Below are positions 51,401-59,295 of a stretch of 64,000 nt of DNA, piece by piece. The DNA is from an uncultured Candidatus Saccharibacteria bacterium (lineage in GTDB: Bacteria; Patescibacteriota; Dojkabacteria; J137). The stretch lies in contig CAYTGI010000005.1 of the NCBI GenBank assembly GCA_964437465.1, positions 5,203 to 69,202 of the forward strand, read 5' to 3'. How positions within the stretch are numbered: the first letter of the stretch is position 1; the number at the start of each line of letters is the position of its first letter. Both the position numbers and the translations under genes were made by a program. The notes beneath the pieces were generated by a model. The model was not told the origin of the DNA. It did not search any database and saw only the letters and a program-made list of their open reading frames with translations.

Positions 51401-53124
51401 ACTCAGGATATGTTGGTATTGGAATAACCGCTCCGACTTCACCGCTTACAATTGTTGAATCAACTAATGTATCCGCTTTAGATATTCAATCAACAGGAAT
51501 AACAGATAAACCATCTGTATCAATAAATGAGCTACCTCTCTCTGTTGATGTAAATACAGGTAAAGCACTTGAGTTTAAGGTGACTGGTGAATCTTTCGGA
51601 AGAGGAATGTTCTATTCTGACGGATCTATTGGATTTGGCGGGGGCACGGCTACAACAGATGTATTTTTAAACAGAGACTCAGCTGGAATTTTAAGGATAG
51701 ATTCAGATAAAGCTGGAGGAGCTGCTGACTTGTTAATTGAAGGAAGTCTTGGGATTGGAGACAACGTTACTCCTACAAACATGATTGACATCAATACAAC
51801 TGGGGCAACGAGGGGAATAAGTTTTGATGGACGGGTTGCAATTTCAGGTTACTCTGCTAGCTCTTACCTTTACTTGAATAATGGGAATAATTTTTCAGGA
51901 GGTGTATATGCCCCAAGCGATTTTATTGCAACTGAGATTAGAACAAGTACTACTGATTATGGGGCGTATGACATTCAGACACATGATGATTTGTATGTTA
52001 ATGATTTAGGGATATTTATGGGAGGTGTACACGTTGGAGGAACAAGTGATCCAGGAACAGATAATCTTATTGTTGATGGTAATGCCTCAATTGGTAATAC
52101 TTCTATATTAACTTCGGCCACTCTAAGGCTTGGAGATGATGGCTCGACTTATGGGCTTTTCATGGACTCCCCCAATGTTGCTACTGCCTCAACATATTAT
52201 GGATTATATGTAGACGAGATAGATGGTGGCATAACTAATAACTATGGAATGTATATTAGACCTATGACAGTATCCGGCTCAACCGCTTTTGGTGCAAGAA
52301 TTGGAGAGGTGTCAGGTGCAACTAATACCTACGGTTTATTTGTTGATGCAACATCCTCTCAAGACTACGGTGTATATATAGAAGGGTCCACAATGAGCGC
52401 TGGTCAATACTCGCTGTATGCAGAATTTGATATAAGAACTGAAGGACGATTTGAACTAGGAAATCCAGGTAGTGGAGGAGACGATGTTTGTAGAGTTGCC
52501 TCAAACCAAAGGTTATCTCTGTGTTCATCTAGTATAAGATATAAAGACAACGTTCTGGATTATTCAGGAGGATTAGATCTACTTAAACAATTTAGGTCTG
52601 TGTCTTTTGACTGGAAAGAGACAGGTATTTCGGATATGGGGTTTATTGCTGAAGAGGTTGAAGCAATAGAGCCCTTACTAGTATTTTATAGGGATGGTAA
52701 GGTTGAGGGAGTTAGATATAAACAGATGACAGCACTGATGAAAAATGCTGTTATCGAGATTGATGATAGACTTTTAGATGTCGAATCTAGATTAGATCTA
52801 CTTGCTGGAGGATCAGGAACGAGTGCTGTTACTTCCCTTACCGAAGCAATCATCACAGGAAAACTTACTGTAGATGGATTAGTTGATTTTAACGAGGATA
52901 CTGTTGCGACTGCTACAATTGGAAGTGGAGATACAGAAGTAGAGATCATTTTTAGTGAAAGCTACTCTACTCCACCTGTAATTACAGTTACACCAGAAGG
53001 TGAGGATTTTATTAATTCTGGAGTTACATATACAATTATAGATAAGGATGAGGATGGGTTTAAGATTAAGATCTCAGATCCATACACAGAAGATTTATTA
53101 TTTAACTGGCACGCATTTGAGTAA
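48421..53124 (+). CDS. Large surface fibre protein: TM, shared N module, beta-propeller repeats, S74 chaperone
   Basis: Repeated D.F.AKY.S.G..QW.K and DFDPDN..SGDT; SSSIRYKDNV...GFIAEEVE. Confidence 0.85.
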   Translation: MCRVMNQISNIKRKNNALYSGSKKRPVLARQHKFAIPLAILSGLLFLLFILINTGGLYSFLNIFAATRTINFSGKIVNKDDGTNVVLGDPACVLAGADTCDFRVRIFDAISGGNQLFQEDHNDIEIGDFTGIFTLDINSICNSQVVGTVDWATTACVSNGGVDFSSSSIYIEISFSPAGDGTYTEVFGRRAFSNTASAFFAERAGSLNGLTSDDFVQLAQGTTQVNSDDFSLIDIETTGNLTDPLIVVNENGAGTPDLFDFQVGGDSIFTLDNDGLLSLSNDQGVTNLSIEESNATNDNRTLLSLINNGGAIISLEDTDSSTQAWNIIGSDEFTIKNDATPANDLLKIDDLGNAYMFNGLTINDGFDSSTISAILNFGGANTETIEWSAPNSRFEISDDLDVFNSLTVGDSVGIGTQSPSEALDVVGSVQLSGDIKTTNPSQLLPANSLDYVKNIPNSRGGVSGDPISQFDFELTDNEYFLVGAFSGSVDFDTDNSIPGDTLTSQGTDGFIAKYNLNGTLQWIKQIEGSSIESVTEVETDSAGNIYVLGNFSSSNVDIDPDNSVSGDTLSESGGRTFLAKYNSSGVLQWVKQMGQSGFLYIVGNDMYVNDSGDIHFTGYFYGGISIDFDPDNVVVNDTHSTTSFTEGDAFLAKYNTNGLIQWVHAIGTTNDTLRDSGKKVFADSGGDVILVGDASQGLFDFDEYNVGSDDTFDFSTGEGIFIVKYNSSGVAQWSKGLIDNGGQLNSGVVIADSSNNIYYTGGLQGTSNDFDDDNVVAGDTLNQINGVDSFLVKYDSSGLLQWAKALDISRTNALDITPSGEVLVGGTFNTTPDFDPDNVVSGDTVAAVGVKDIFFAKYDSTGLLTELKTIGTSGQNANLSHIAIDSSSNIYTQASYLGTIDMDSDIVISGDTISSSTTNGYYIARYSSSTQSIAGSNIGSSSSPFGNTYTNALNISAITGSTQCLEIDTNGNVSGSGITCGGLWTANGSDIYYDSGYVGIGITAPTSPLTIVESTNVSALDIQSTGITDKPSVSINELPLSVDVNTGKALEFKVTGESFGRGMFYSDGSIGFGGGTATTDVFLNRDSAGILRIDSDKAGGAADLLIEGSLGIGDNVTPTNMIDINTTGATRGISFDGRVAISGYSASSYLYLNNGNNFSGGVYAPSDFIATEIRTSTTDYGAYDIQTHDDLYVNDLGIFMGGVHVGGTSDPGTDNLIVDGNASIGNTSILTSATLRLGDDGSTYGLFMDSPNVATASTYYGLYVDEIDGGITNNYGMYIRPMTVSGSTAFGARIGEVSGATNTYGLFVDATSSQDYGVYIEGSTMSAGQYSLYAEFDIRTEGRFELGNPGSGGDDVCRVASNQRLSLCSSSIRYKDNVLDYSGGLDLLKQFRSVSFDWKETGISDMGFIAEEVEAIEPLLVFYRDGKVEGVRYKQMTALMKNAVIEIDDRLLDVESRLDLLAGGSGTSAVTSLTEAIITGKLTVDGLVDFNEDTVATATIGSGDTEVEIIFSESYSTPPVITVTPEGEDFINSGVTYTIIDKDEDGFKIKISDPYTEDLLFNWHAFE

Positions 53125-53765
53125 TGGAAAGATTTGGAATTTATAAATTACTATACGGAATATCGGTAATTCTCTATATATTATTCTTAAACTTTGGGTT
53201 TATCGATTCAATAATAACAGGGTTATTTATTGTTGGTACTATTTACCTAATCTTCACAAGAGAAGAAAGTCCTGACGAGGAGGAAGATGAAATTTATATT
53301 CCTGAGGTTCATTTCTATGCTACAGAAAGATACAACCCCTACACATATTCAATGACAATTATCGCAGTTATTATAGCTATGGTGTTTTATATACTTCAAT
53401 TCTTAACAGATATAAGAATCGGGTTAATTGCTTTAGCACTTTGGCCAATATTAATCATTGCAGGAATCTTTATTCAAAAAAGAGTAAATCAAAATTTGGA
53501 GCTGTTTCAAATTGTCAATTTTATTAGTTTAGTTTTACCTGAAGATGAGGATACTATGAAGCTTATAATTCGTAAGATAGAAAAAGAGGGTTTTGTTGAA
53601 GCAAGTGAAATTGACGAACTTCTGCAAGAAAATACCGACTGGCCTAATAATATAAGAAAAAGATTCATCAACAGGTATTTGGAGTATTCAGATTTTTTAG
53701 CGAAGCCAGAGACAGACAGATTGGTTAGCGGTGAGATCGAGGAGCTGAATGAAGAAAGAGCTTAG
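53124..53765 (+). CDS. Membrane protein
   Basis: 4 TM segments; stop/start overlap with the upstream gene. Confidence 0.65.
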   Translation: MERFGIYKLLYGISVILYILFLNFGFIDSIITGLFIVGTIYLIFTREESPDEEEDEIYIPEVHFYATERYNPYTYSMTIIAVIIAMVFYILQFLTDIRIGLIALALWPILIIAGIFIQKRVNQNLELFQIVNFISLVLPEDEDTMKLIIRKIEKEGFVEASEIDELLQENTDWPNNIRKRFINRYLEYSDFLAKPETDRLVSGEIEELNEERA

Positions 53766-53809
53766 AATTAAGATTTTAGATGTTAGACCTAAATTTGAAT
53801 AGATAAGAT

Positions 53810-54175
53810 ATGAACGAAGATCAGTTACATTTATTAGATCACTATAAAAACCCCCAAAACTATGGTGATCCGGGATTTGAAGTAACAAGTAAATCTGTAG
53901 TTGAGAATCAAACTTGCGGGGATAAAATTGAAGTATATCTAAATACTAGTGAGGATACACTTTTTGATCTCACTTTTAAAGCAGAGGGATGTTCTATTAG
54001 TATAGGCACAATGTCAATTCTGACAGAAGAGCTTAAGGGAAAGAGTCTTGAAGAAATAAGAAATATGAGTTACGAAGATATCCATGAATTAATAAAAATT
54101 GAACTTACTCCTTCAAGAATTAGATGTGCTACCTTAGGACTAGAGGCAGTACAAAAAGCTATTAATGAACTTTGA
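53810..54175 (+). CDS. SufU/IscU family Fe-S scaffold protein
   Basis: LDHYKNPQNYG, TCGD, GCSIS and RIRCATL motifs. Confidence 0.9.
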   Translation: MNEDQLHLLDHYKNPQNYGDPGFEVTSKSVVENQTCGDKIEVYLNTSEDTLFDLTFKAEGCSISIGTMSILTEELKGKSLEEIRNMSYEDIHELIKIELTPSRIRCATLGLEAVQKAINEL

Positions 54176-55382
54176 TTTTTCTGTTTAAAACATCAAAAGC
54201 AATAAATAAAAGAAGATGTATTGGAGCTACGAATCCGATAACGAATCTAATTATATTTTCTGAAGAATCTACATTGTCTTCTGTGAAGAAAATACTAAAA
54301 ATTACGATTACAGTTCCAATGATAACTACTCTTCCAATAATATAAAGAATTTCAACGAGCATGTTCATTTCAATAGCAGATTCATTTTGGAACTCTCCTA
54401 GAACTTTTTCTCTAATTCTATAATCTAAATCATTGCCGACTGGATCGCTCAGAGATTGTGTAAATGCCAAAGCTAGAGATCTTACAAATAGTGCTGGAAT
54501 TGTCCAAACAAATGCAAGAGCTACTGTAAATACTGAGTAAATTATATAACCCAAATACCCTAGCCTTAATCGTATTTTAAAATTCGATTTACTATCTAAC
54601 CAAGCAGCAATAACTGCTGCAAAACCAATCACACTTGTGAGAGCTCCAACCCCAAACTCCTCCCCGATTAAAATATATGGAATAATCATAAACATTATTC
54701 CCATGATCGAATTTAGAGAACCTTTAAATATACAAAGGAGTGAAAACCAGCCAATGTTTTTCATTTTTAAGATTCTTTTAATTTCATCAGTTGTAACTTT
54801 ACTTCTTGTCTTTTTATTAAAGTCGAAAGGGATAAATATACTACCTATTAGGATTGCGATCCCAATTATAAATGTGTAATCGTAGCTACCTGTGTAGGTA
54901 ATTAATGCTCCAGCCATAACTGGAACAAGTATATTAAGTAATAAAATAGCACTTTGTAGAAGACTTAAGATTTTCCCCCTTTCAGCTCCATGAACCTCTT
55001 TCAACTCTATTGTATGGTCGATTGGCCAGTACATTCCTCTACCAAAACCTCTTAGCACTGCAAAGACGACAAAGAGATCCATTATCTTATCTTGCAGAAA
55101 AAAAATAAGTACAAGTGTGAGTATTTGAGCGAATGCTGAGACACGAAAACTATTAAGATAACCAAGTCTATCAATATAAAGGCTCATAATCATAAATCCT
55201 GCAAAAATCCCAATAACGAAAACTAAGTAATCCGTCAGAATCAGCTGAATACTTCCAGTTTCACGATACAAGAGAATGTAATAATAAGCCCAAACTGTAA
55301 GTTGTACTAATGTTAATGTTAGTTTAAATACTCCGAGTTGATTTAATATTTGTTTATGTTCATGTACTACTTTTGAAGCCAT
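54162..55382 (-). CDS. MFS transporter
   Basis: About 12 TM segments; IDRLG; ERGK. Confidence 0.8.
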   Translation of the reverse strand: MASKVVHEHKQILNQLGVFKLTLTLVQLTVWAYYYILLYRETGSIQLILTDYLVFVIGIFAGFMIMSLYIDRLGYLNSFRVSAFAQILTLVLIFFLQDKIMDLFVVFAVLRGFGRGMYWPIDHTIELKEVHGAERGKILSLLQSAILLLNILVPVMAGALITYTGSYDYTFIIGIAILIGSIFIPFDFNKKTRSKVTTDEIKRILKMKNIGWFSLLCIFKGSLNSIMGIMFMIIPYILIGEEFGVGALTSVIGFAAVIAAWLDSKSNFKIRLRLGYLGYIIYSVFTVALAFVWTIPALFVRSLALAFTQSLSDPVGNDLDYRIREKVLGEFQNESAIEMNMLVEILYIIGRVVIIGTVIVIFSIFFTEDNVDSSENIIRFVIGFVAPIHLLLFIAFDVLNRKIKVH

Positions 55383-55472
55383 GCAATATTCTAGACCTAT
55401 TTGAACTAATAGTCCAAATATAGAAAAAACTTAAGTTTAATTTTATACTTCCAGTACTTATTAAAATAAAAT

Positions 55473-56546
55473 ATGAAGATAATTATTTTTGCAGGAGGAA
55501 CAGGAAAAAGATTTTGGCCAGTTAGTAGAATTAATTCTCCAAAACAATTTAGCCCATTGATCTCAGGTAAACCACTTCTAAGATTAAATATTGATAGATT
55601 ACTAAAAGGATTTAATCCAGAAGATATTTTTGTAAGTACTGGAAAAAGATATGAAAAAGAGGTTTTAGAGATTGCTTCAGATCTTCCAAAAGAAAACCTT
55701 ATTTTTGAGCCTGATATGAGGGATACTGGGCCAGCAGTTACTCTAGCAATATGCTATGTAAGAGAAAAATTTCCTGATGAACCGATCTGTATACAATGGT
55801 CAGATTCAATAGTTAAAGATGAGGCAACATTTATAATAAGCCTCAAAGAAGCTGAAAAAGTGCACAAAGAACAAAATAAAACTTTTTTTATAACTGTTCC
55901 TGCTAGATTTCCTTCACCTCACAGAGGTTACATTAATTTTGGCGAAGAAATAAAAAGTATAAGTTCAAAAATTACTTTAAATGAATTTAAATCCTTTAAA
56001 GAAAAACCAGATGTTGATAATGCAAAAAAGTATATAGCCGATGGGCATTTTGGTTGGAATCCAGGATACTGGGTTTTGGATCCAGACTTTTATCTAGATA
56101 CAGTAAAGAAAGATGATGAAGATATTGTTAGTGTCTGTGAAACAATGGTTAGAGAAGACTTTTCTGAAAGCTCTTGTAAAAAATTCTCAGAATTAGAAAA
56201 GATTTCAGCTGACTATTTATTTGCAGAAAAGGTTTCCTCTCAGGAAGCACTTGTCCTACTTTCGGATATAGGATGGAGTGATGTAGGTGAATGGATTTCA
56301 TTAAAAGAAGCTCTACAGGAAAATGATGACGCAATTGTTACTAAAGGTAACGTTATAGATTTAGATTCAAAAGATTCGATTATCTATAATCTTGAAGATT
56401 CTAAACTAGTTAGTACAATAGGTTTAGAGGGGATGGTCGTAGTTAATACAAAAGATGCTGTCGCAGTGTTTTCAAAAGAGGACAATGGCAGATTAAAAGA
56501 GTATCTGAATAAACTTGAAGAAGAAGGCAAATCTGATTTTATTTAG
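55473..56546 (+). CDS. manC: Mannose-1-phosphate guanylyltransferase
   Basis: AGGTGKRFWPVSR..PKQF, EP..RDTGPA, FKEKP and WSDVGEW motifs. Confidence 0.88.
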   Translation: MKIIIFAGGTGKRFWPVSRINSPKQFSPLISGKPLLRLNIDRLLKGFNPEDIFVSTGKRYEKEVLEIASDLPKENLIFEPDMRDTGPAVTLAICYVREKFPDEPICIQWSDSIVKDEATFIISLKEAEKVHKEQNKTFFITVPARFPSPHRGYINFGEEIKSISSKITLNEFKSFKEKPDVDNAKKYIADGHFGWNPGYWVLDPDFYLDTVKKDDEDIVSVCETMVREDFSESSCKKFSELEKISADYLFAEKVSSQEALVLLSDIGWSDVGEWISLKEALQENDDAIVTKGNVIDLDSKDSIIYNLEDSKLVSTIGLEGMVVVNTKDAVAVFSKEDNGRLKEYLNKLEEEGKSDFI

Positions 56547-56805
56547 TTCGCCATCTCTCCAATCTAGGAAATCCCATTAAGGCAAACCATCTTAAAGGTT
56601 TAACCCAGCTCATCTCTTTTAAGGCATCATCAGAGATTTTTTTCATCTCTTCCATAGTTGCATTAGGAGCTGTGAACTCACCATTTTTATAACAATAGTG
56701 ACAGTACTTATAGCTCTTTGATCCATCAGTTTCTGTGCCTGAGTCATCTCCATTATTTAGGGGCATCATACAAGATTGACAGAACTTCATGTATTTTTCT
56801 TTCAT
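56539..56805 (-). CDS. Putative zinc-ribbon protein
   Basis: CQSCMMP, YCHYCYKNGEF and PRLERW motifs. Confidence 0.85.
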   Translation of the reverse strand: MKEKYMKFCQSCMMPLNNGDDSGTETDGSKSYKYCHYCYKNGEFTAPNATMEEMKKISDDALKEMSWVKPLRWFALMGFPRLERWRTK

Positions 56806-56838
56806 TTGTGAAAGTATAAAATGTATTCTTAATTATAG

Positions 56839-58056
56839 CTATTTATCTATAAGGTTTAACATATCTGTAACTGAACTGTTGTTATGTAAAAGCCTAGTTG
56901 GATACTCTTTACCTTCATCCACTTCAATATCTAAAGTACCGAAACATCTACTAGAAACTGCATTAATATACTCATCTAAATCTTCGTCTTTGAGGTTTTT
57001 ATGAGCTAGAATTTCAAACTTAAGGTCTTTCTTAATTAAGTACTCATCAAAAAATTGAAATATCTTGCCTTCCTTTCGATAAGCATTTTTAATTTTCAAG
57101 TATTTTTCAGGATTGATTTTGTTTACAAAAGAATCAAGTGTACCGGGGAAGTAGTAGTATATGTCTAAATCTTTATTTAAATGGTAGGTCATTTCGGTAA
57201 TTATTCCTGAAGAGTTAATTTCTGAAGATATGTTTACTATGCGATGAATTTTCTTTTTGCTTAGCTCTTTAGAATAAACTGGTATCCAAGGGTATATGTT
57301 TGATTCAGAACCTGGAGGTATTACAACATAGTTCGAATCATTTATCATTTCAACTATTCCTTTAGTCTTTAGATTTTTCGCACGATTTTTAGTTACTGGA
57401 TCTATTAGTTCAAATTCATGCACAGATATCGGTTCATCAATTTCGTCAAAATGAGCCTCGTTTTCAAACAACACTTCTCCATCCCTTCTAGCTTGTAAAA
57501 TTAATCTTCTATCGAAAATAAATCTAAAAGTTAGTGTTTTTGGAAGTATTTCCCATTCTTTAAGTTTTACAAACAAAATTTCATATCCATTTGTTGAGTT
57601 TTGATCAAGAGCGTATGCAAGGGCTGAGAACATTATGTTCAATGCTGAATGATTAACACTACCCTGCTCTATTGAATTTAGGCCTATCGAAAGTTCGTAA
57701 TAAAACTTGGTAACAAGACCTTGATGTAGTTTTAGGAATTTTTCAAACTTTGGAAAACTTGTTGAAAGTACTTCAAGATAATAATTTGAAGTATCAATAG
57801 ATTGTCCGAAACTTTCGGACCGGTCTTTTGTGTGGTCTAAAAGATTAGGAAACATTGTAATGAACAATGTTTTAAAATCCCCAATCGGTAAAAAGGGTAG
57901 ACCTCTACTTTCTAATGCTTTTCCAATGGCTCCAGTACTACCTCCCCAATCTACGACATTTAAAAGAACGTAGTGCTCAATGTCATTTCGCAAGAACTCT
58001 TCTCTAAGAACTCCTCCTCCGTGACCTCCTGAAATAAATACTAATCTTTTAATCAT
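56839..58056 (-). CDS. Divergent CofD/YvcK (UPF0052) family protein
   Basis: FISGGHGG, VVDWGGSTG, PIGD and IPPGS motifs. Confidence 0.65.
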   Translation of the reverse strand: MIKRLVFISGGHGGGVLREEFLRNDIEHYVLLNVVDWGGSTGAIGKALESRGLPFLPIGDFKTLFITMFPNLLDHTKDRSESFGQSIDTSNYYLEVLSTSFPKFEKFLKLHQGLVTKFYYELSIGLNSIEQGSVNHSALNIMFSALAYALDQNSTNGYEILFVKLKEWEILPKTLTFRFIFDRRLILQARRDGEVLFENEAHFDEIDEPISVHEFELIDPVTKNRAKNLKTKGIVEMINDSNYVVIPPGSESNIYPWIPVYSKELSKKKIHRIVNISSEINSSGIITEMTYHLNKDLDIYYYFPGTLDSFVNKINPEKYLKIKNAYRKEGKIFQFFDEYLIKKDLKFEILAHKNLKDEDLDEYINAVSSRCFGTLDIEVDEGKEYPTRLLHNNSSVTDMLNLIDK

Positions 58057-58057
58057 G

Positions 58058-58261
58058 CTACTGTTCTTCAGAGTTTCTTAGATTACTAATAACTCTAACT
58101 AACCAATCAGGTATCCAATTCAAACCATCGCTATTATTTCTATTTGAAATAGACAAGATCATTGGAAGTGTGAATTGTTGGAGTGATCCATCAGGTGTAA
58201 ATGGATTGACTATAAAATCTTCCTGATCATTTTCCTCATTATTTGGATGTTCTTGACTCAT
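58058..58261 (-). CDS. Hypothetical protein
   Basis: Short ORF adjacent to the CofD-like gene. Confidence 0.5.
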   Translation of the reverse strand: MSQEHPNNEENDQEDFIVNPFTPDGSLQQFTLPMILSISNRNNSDGLNWIPDWLVRVISNLRNSEEQ

Positions 58262-58374
58262 CTTTAAGATAGTAATTAACAAGAAGTATACAATAAAATT
58301 CTAATTATGTATTATTAGCTAACAAATTTTTAATCATTTCTATTATATCTTCTAAAGTATTTTAAAATATAAGT

Positions 58375-58824
58375 ATGAGCCTTGAGTCAATTGCTATAAA
58401 TTCGATAATTCTTTTTATCCTTAATTTGCCCTTCGCAATTTATCTTAATAGAAAGTATGAAATAAGCATATCCAAGTTTTTACTAATAACTGTAACATCT
58501 CTAATTATAATTATACCTTTATCTCATATTCTTACCCAGGAACTATTTGATTTGTATTCACGTAACCGAAATATTGGAACATCATCGATTCGTACAAGCT
58601 TAGGTATTGTTACTCCATTAATCTATAGACCTGGTCAAGTGTATTTATTATTTATTTTAAGAAACTTAATATCTATATTGTTGCTTTCGATAGTGCAAGT
58701 TATCGGTATACGACTATTAAAGATGAAAGATTTCAGAAGAGAGTCTTTAAATCCAATTATTTTAAATTGTATTATAGTTTCTATTTCAATTGTCATGACA
58801 TTCTTAATTATAATATCTTATTGA
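58375..58824 (+). CDS. 4-TM membrane protein, paralogue of the next gene
   Basis: LPFAIYLNRK versus LPLILYLSRK. Confidence 0.65.
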   Translation: MSLESIAINSIILFILNLPFAIYLNRKYEISISKFLLITVTSLIIIIPLSHILTQELFDLYSRNRNIGTSSIRTSLGIVTPLIYRPGQVYLLFILRNLISILLLSIVQVIGIRLLKMKDFRRESLNPIILNCIIVSISIVMTFLIIISY

Positions 58825-59294
58825 TGAATATTGTTTATAGTTTTATATTTATTTTATTATTTATATTGACAACACATCTACCGTTAATATTATATTTGAG
58901 TAGAAAATTAAATCTTGGTTATTTAAAATTTTTGCAGATTTTGACTTTTTCAACTTTACTAAGTTTTTTGATTATCCCATTTGTTTTTTCGATTGTTTTA
59001 GATACGATTTATCCAATACCATCTCCTCCAACAGGAATAATTGATACCGATGATGGGCCAGTTATATTAACTTTTACTATTGGACTACTGCCTCATCTAA
59101 ATAGAGGCATTATCTCTTTGTCACTTGGTCCTGTTTTATTTTTTATGTTCTTAGCTTTACTACAAGTAATTGTATTAAAAAAGTTGAAGAAAGAAAAACT
59201 AGAAAGAAAGGCTGTTTTAATAATTATCTTGTTTGAGCTTATCCTTTCAATTTTAGCAACAGGTTTATTATTTTTTATGACAGACTATATTTAA
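58824..59294 (+). CDS. 4-TM membrane protein
   Basis: TGATG stop/start overlap with the preceding paralogue. Confidence 0.65.
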   Translation: MNIVYSFIFILLFILTTHLPLILYLSRKLNLGYLKFLQILTFSTLLSFLIIPFVFSIVLDTIYPIPSPPTGIIDTDDGPVILTFTIGLLPHLNRGIISLSLGPVLFFMFLALLQVIVLKKLKKEKLERKAVLIIILFELILSILATGLLFFMTDYI

Positions 59295-59295
59295 T

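Noticed and set aside
45248-53124. Prophage tail locus
   Set aside because: No capsid, terminase, portal or integrase genes; the intact protein has an N-terminal TM/signal
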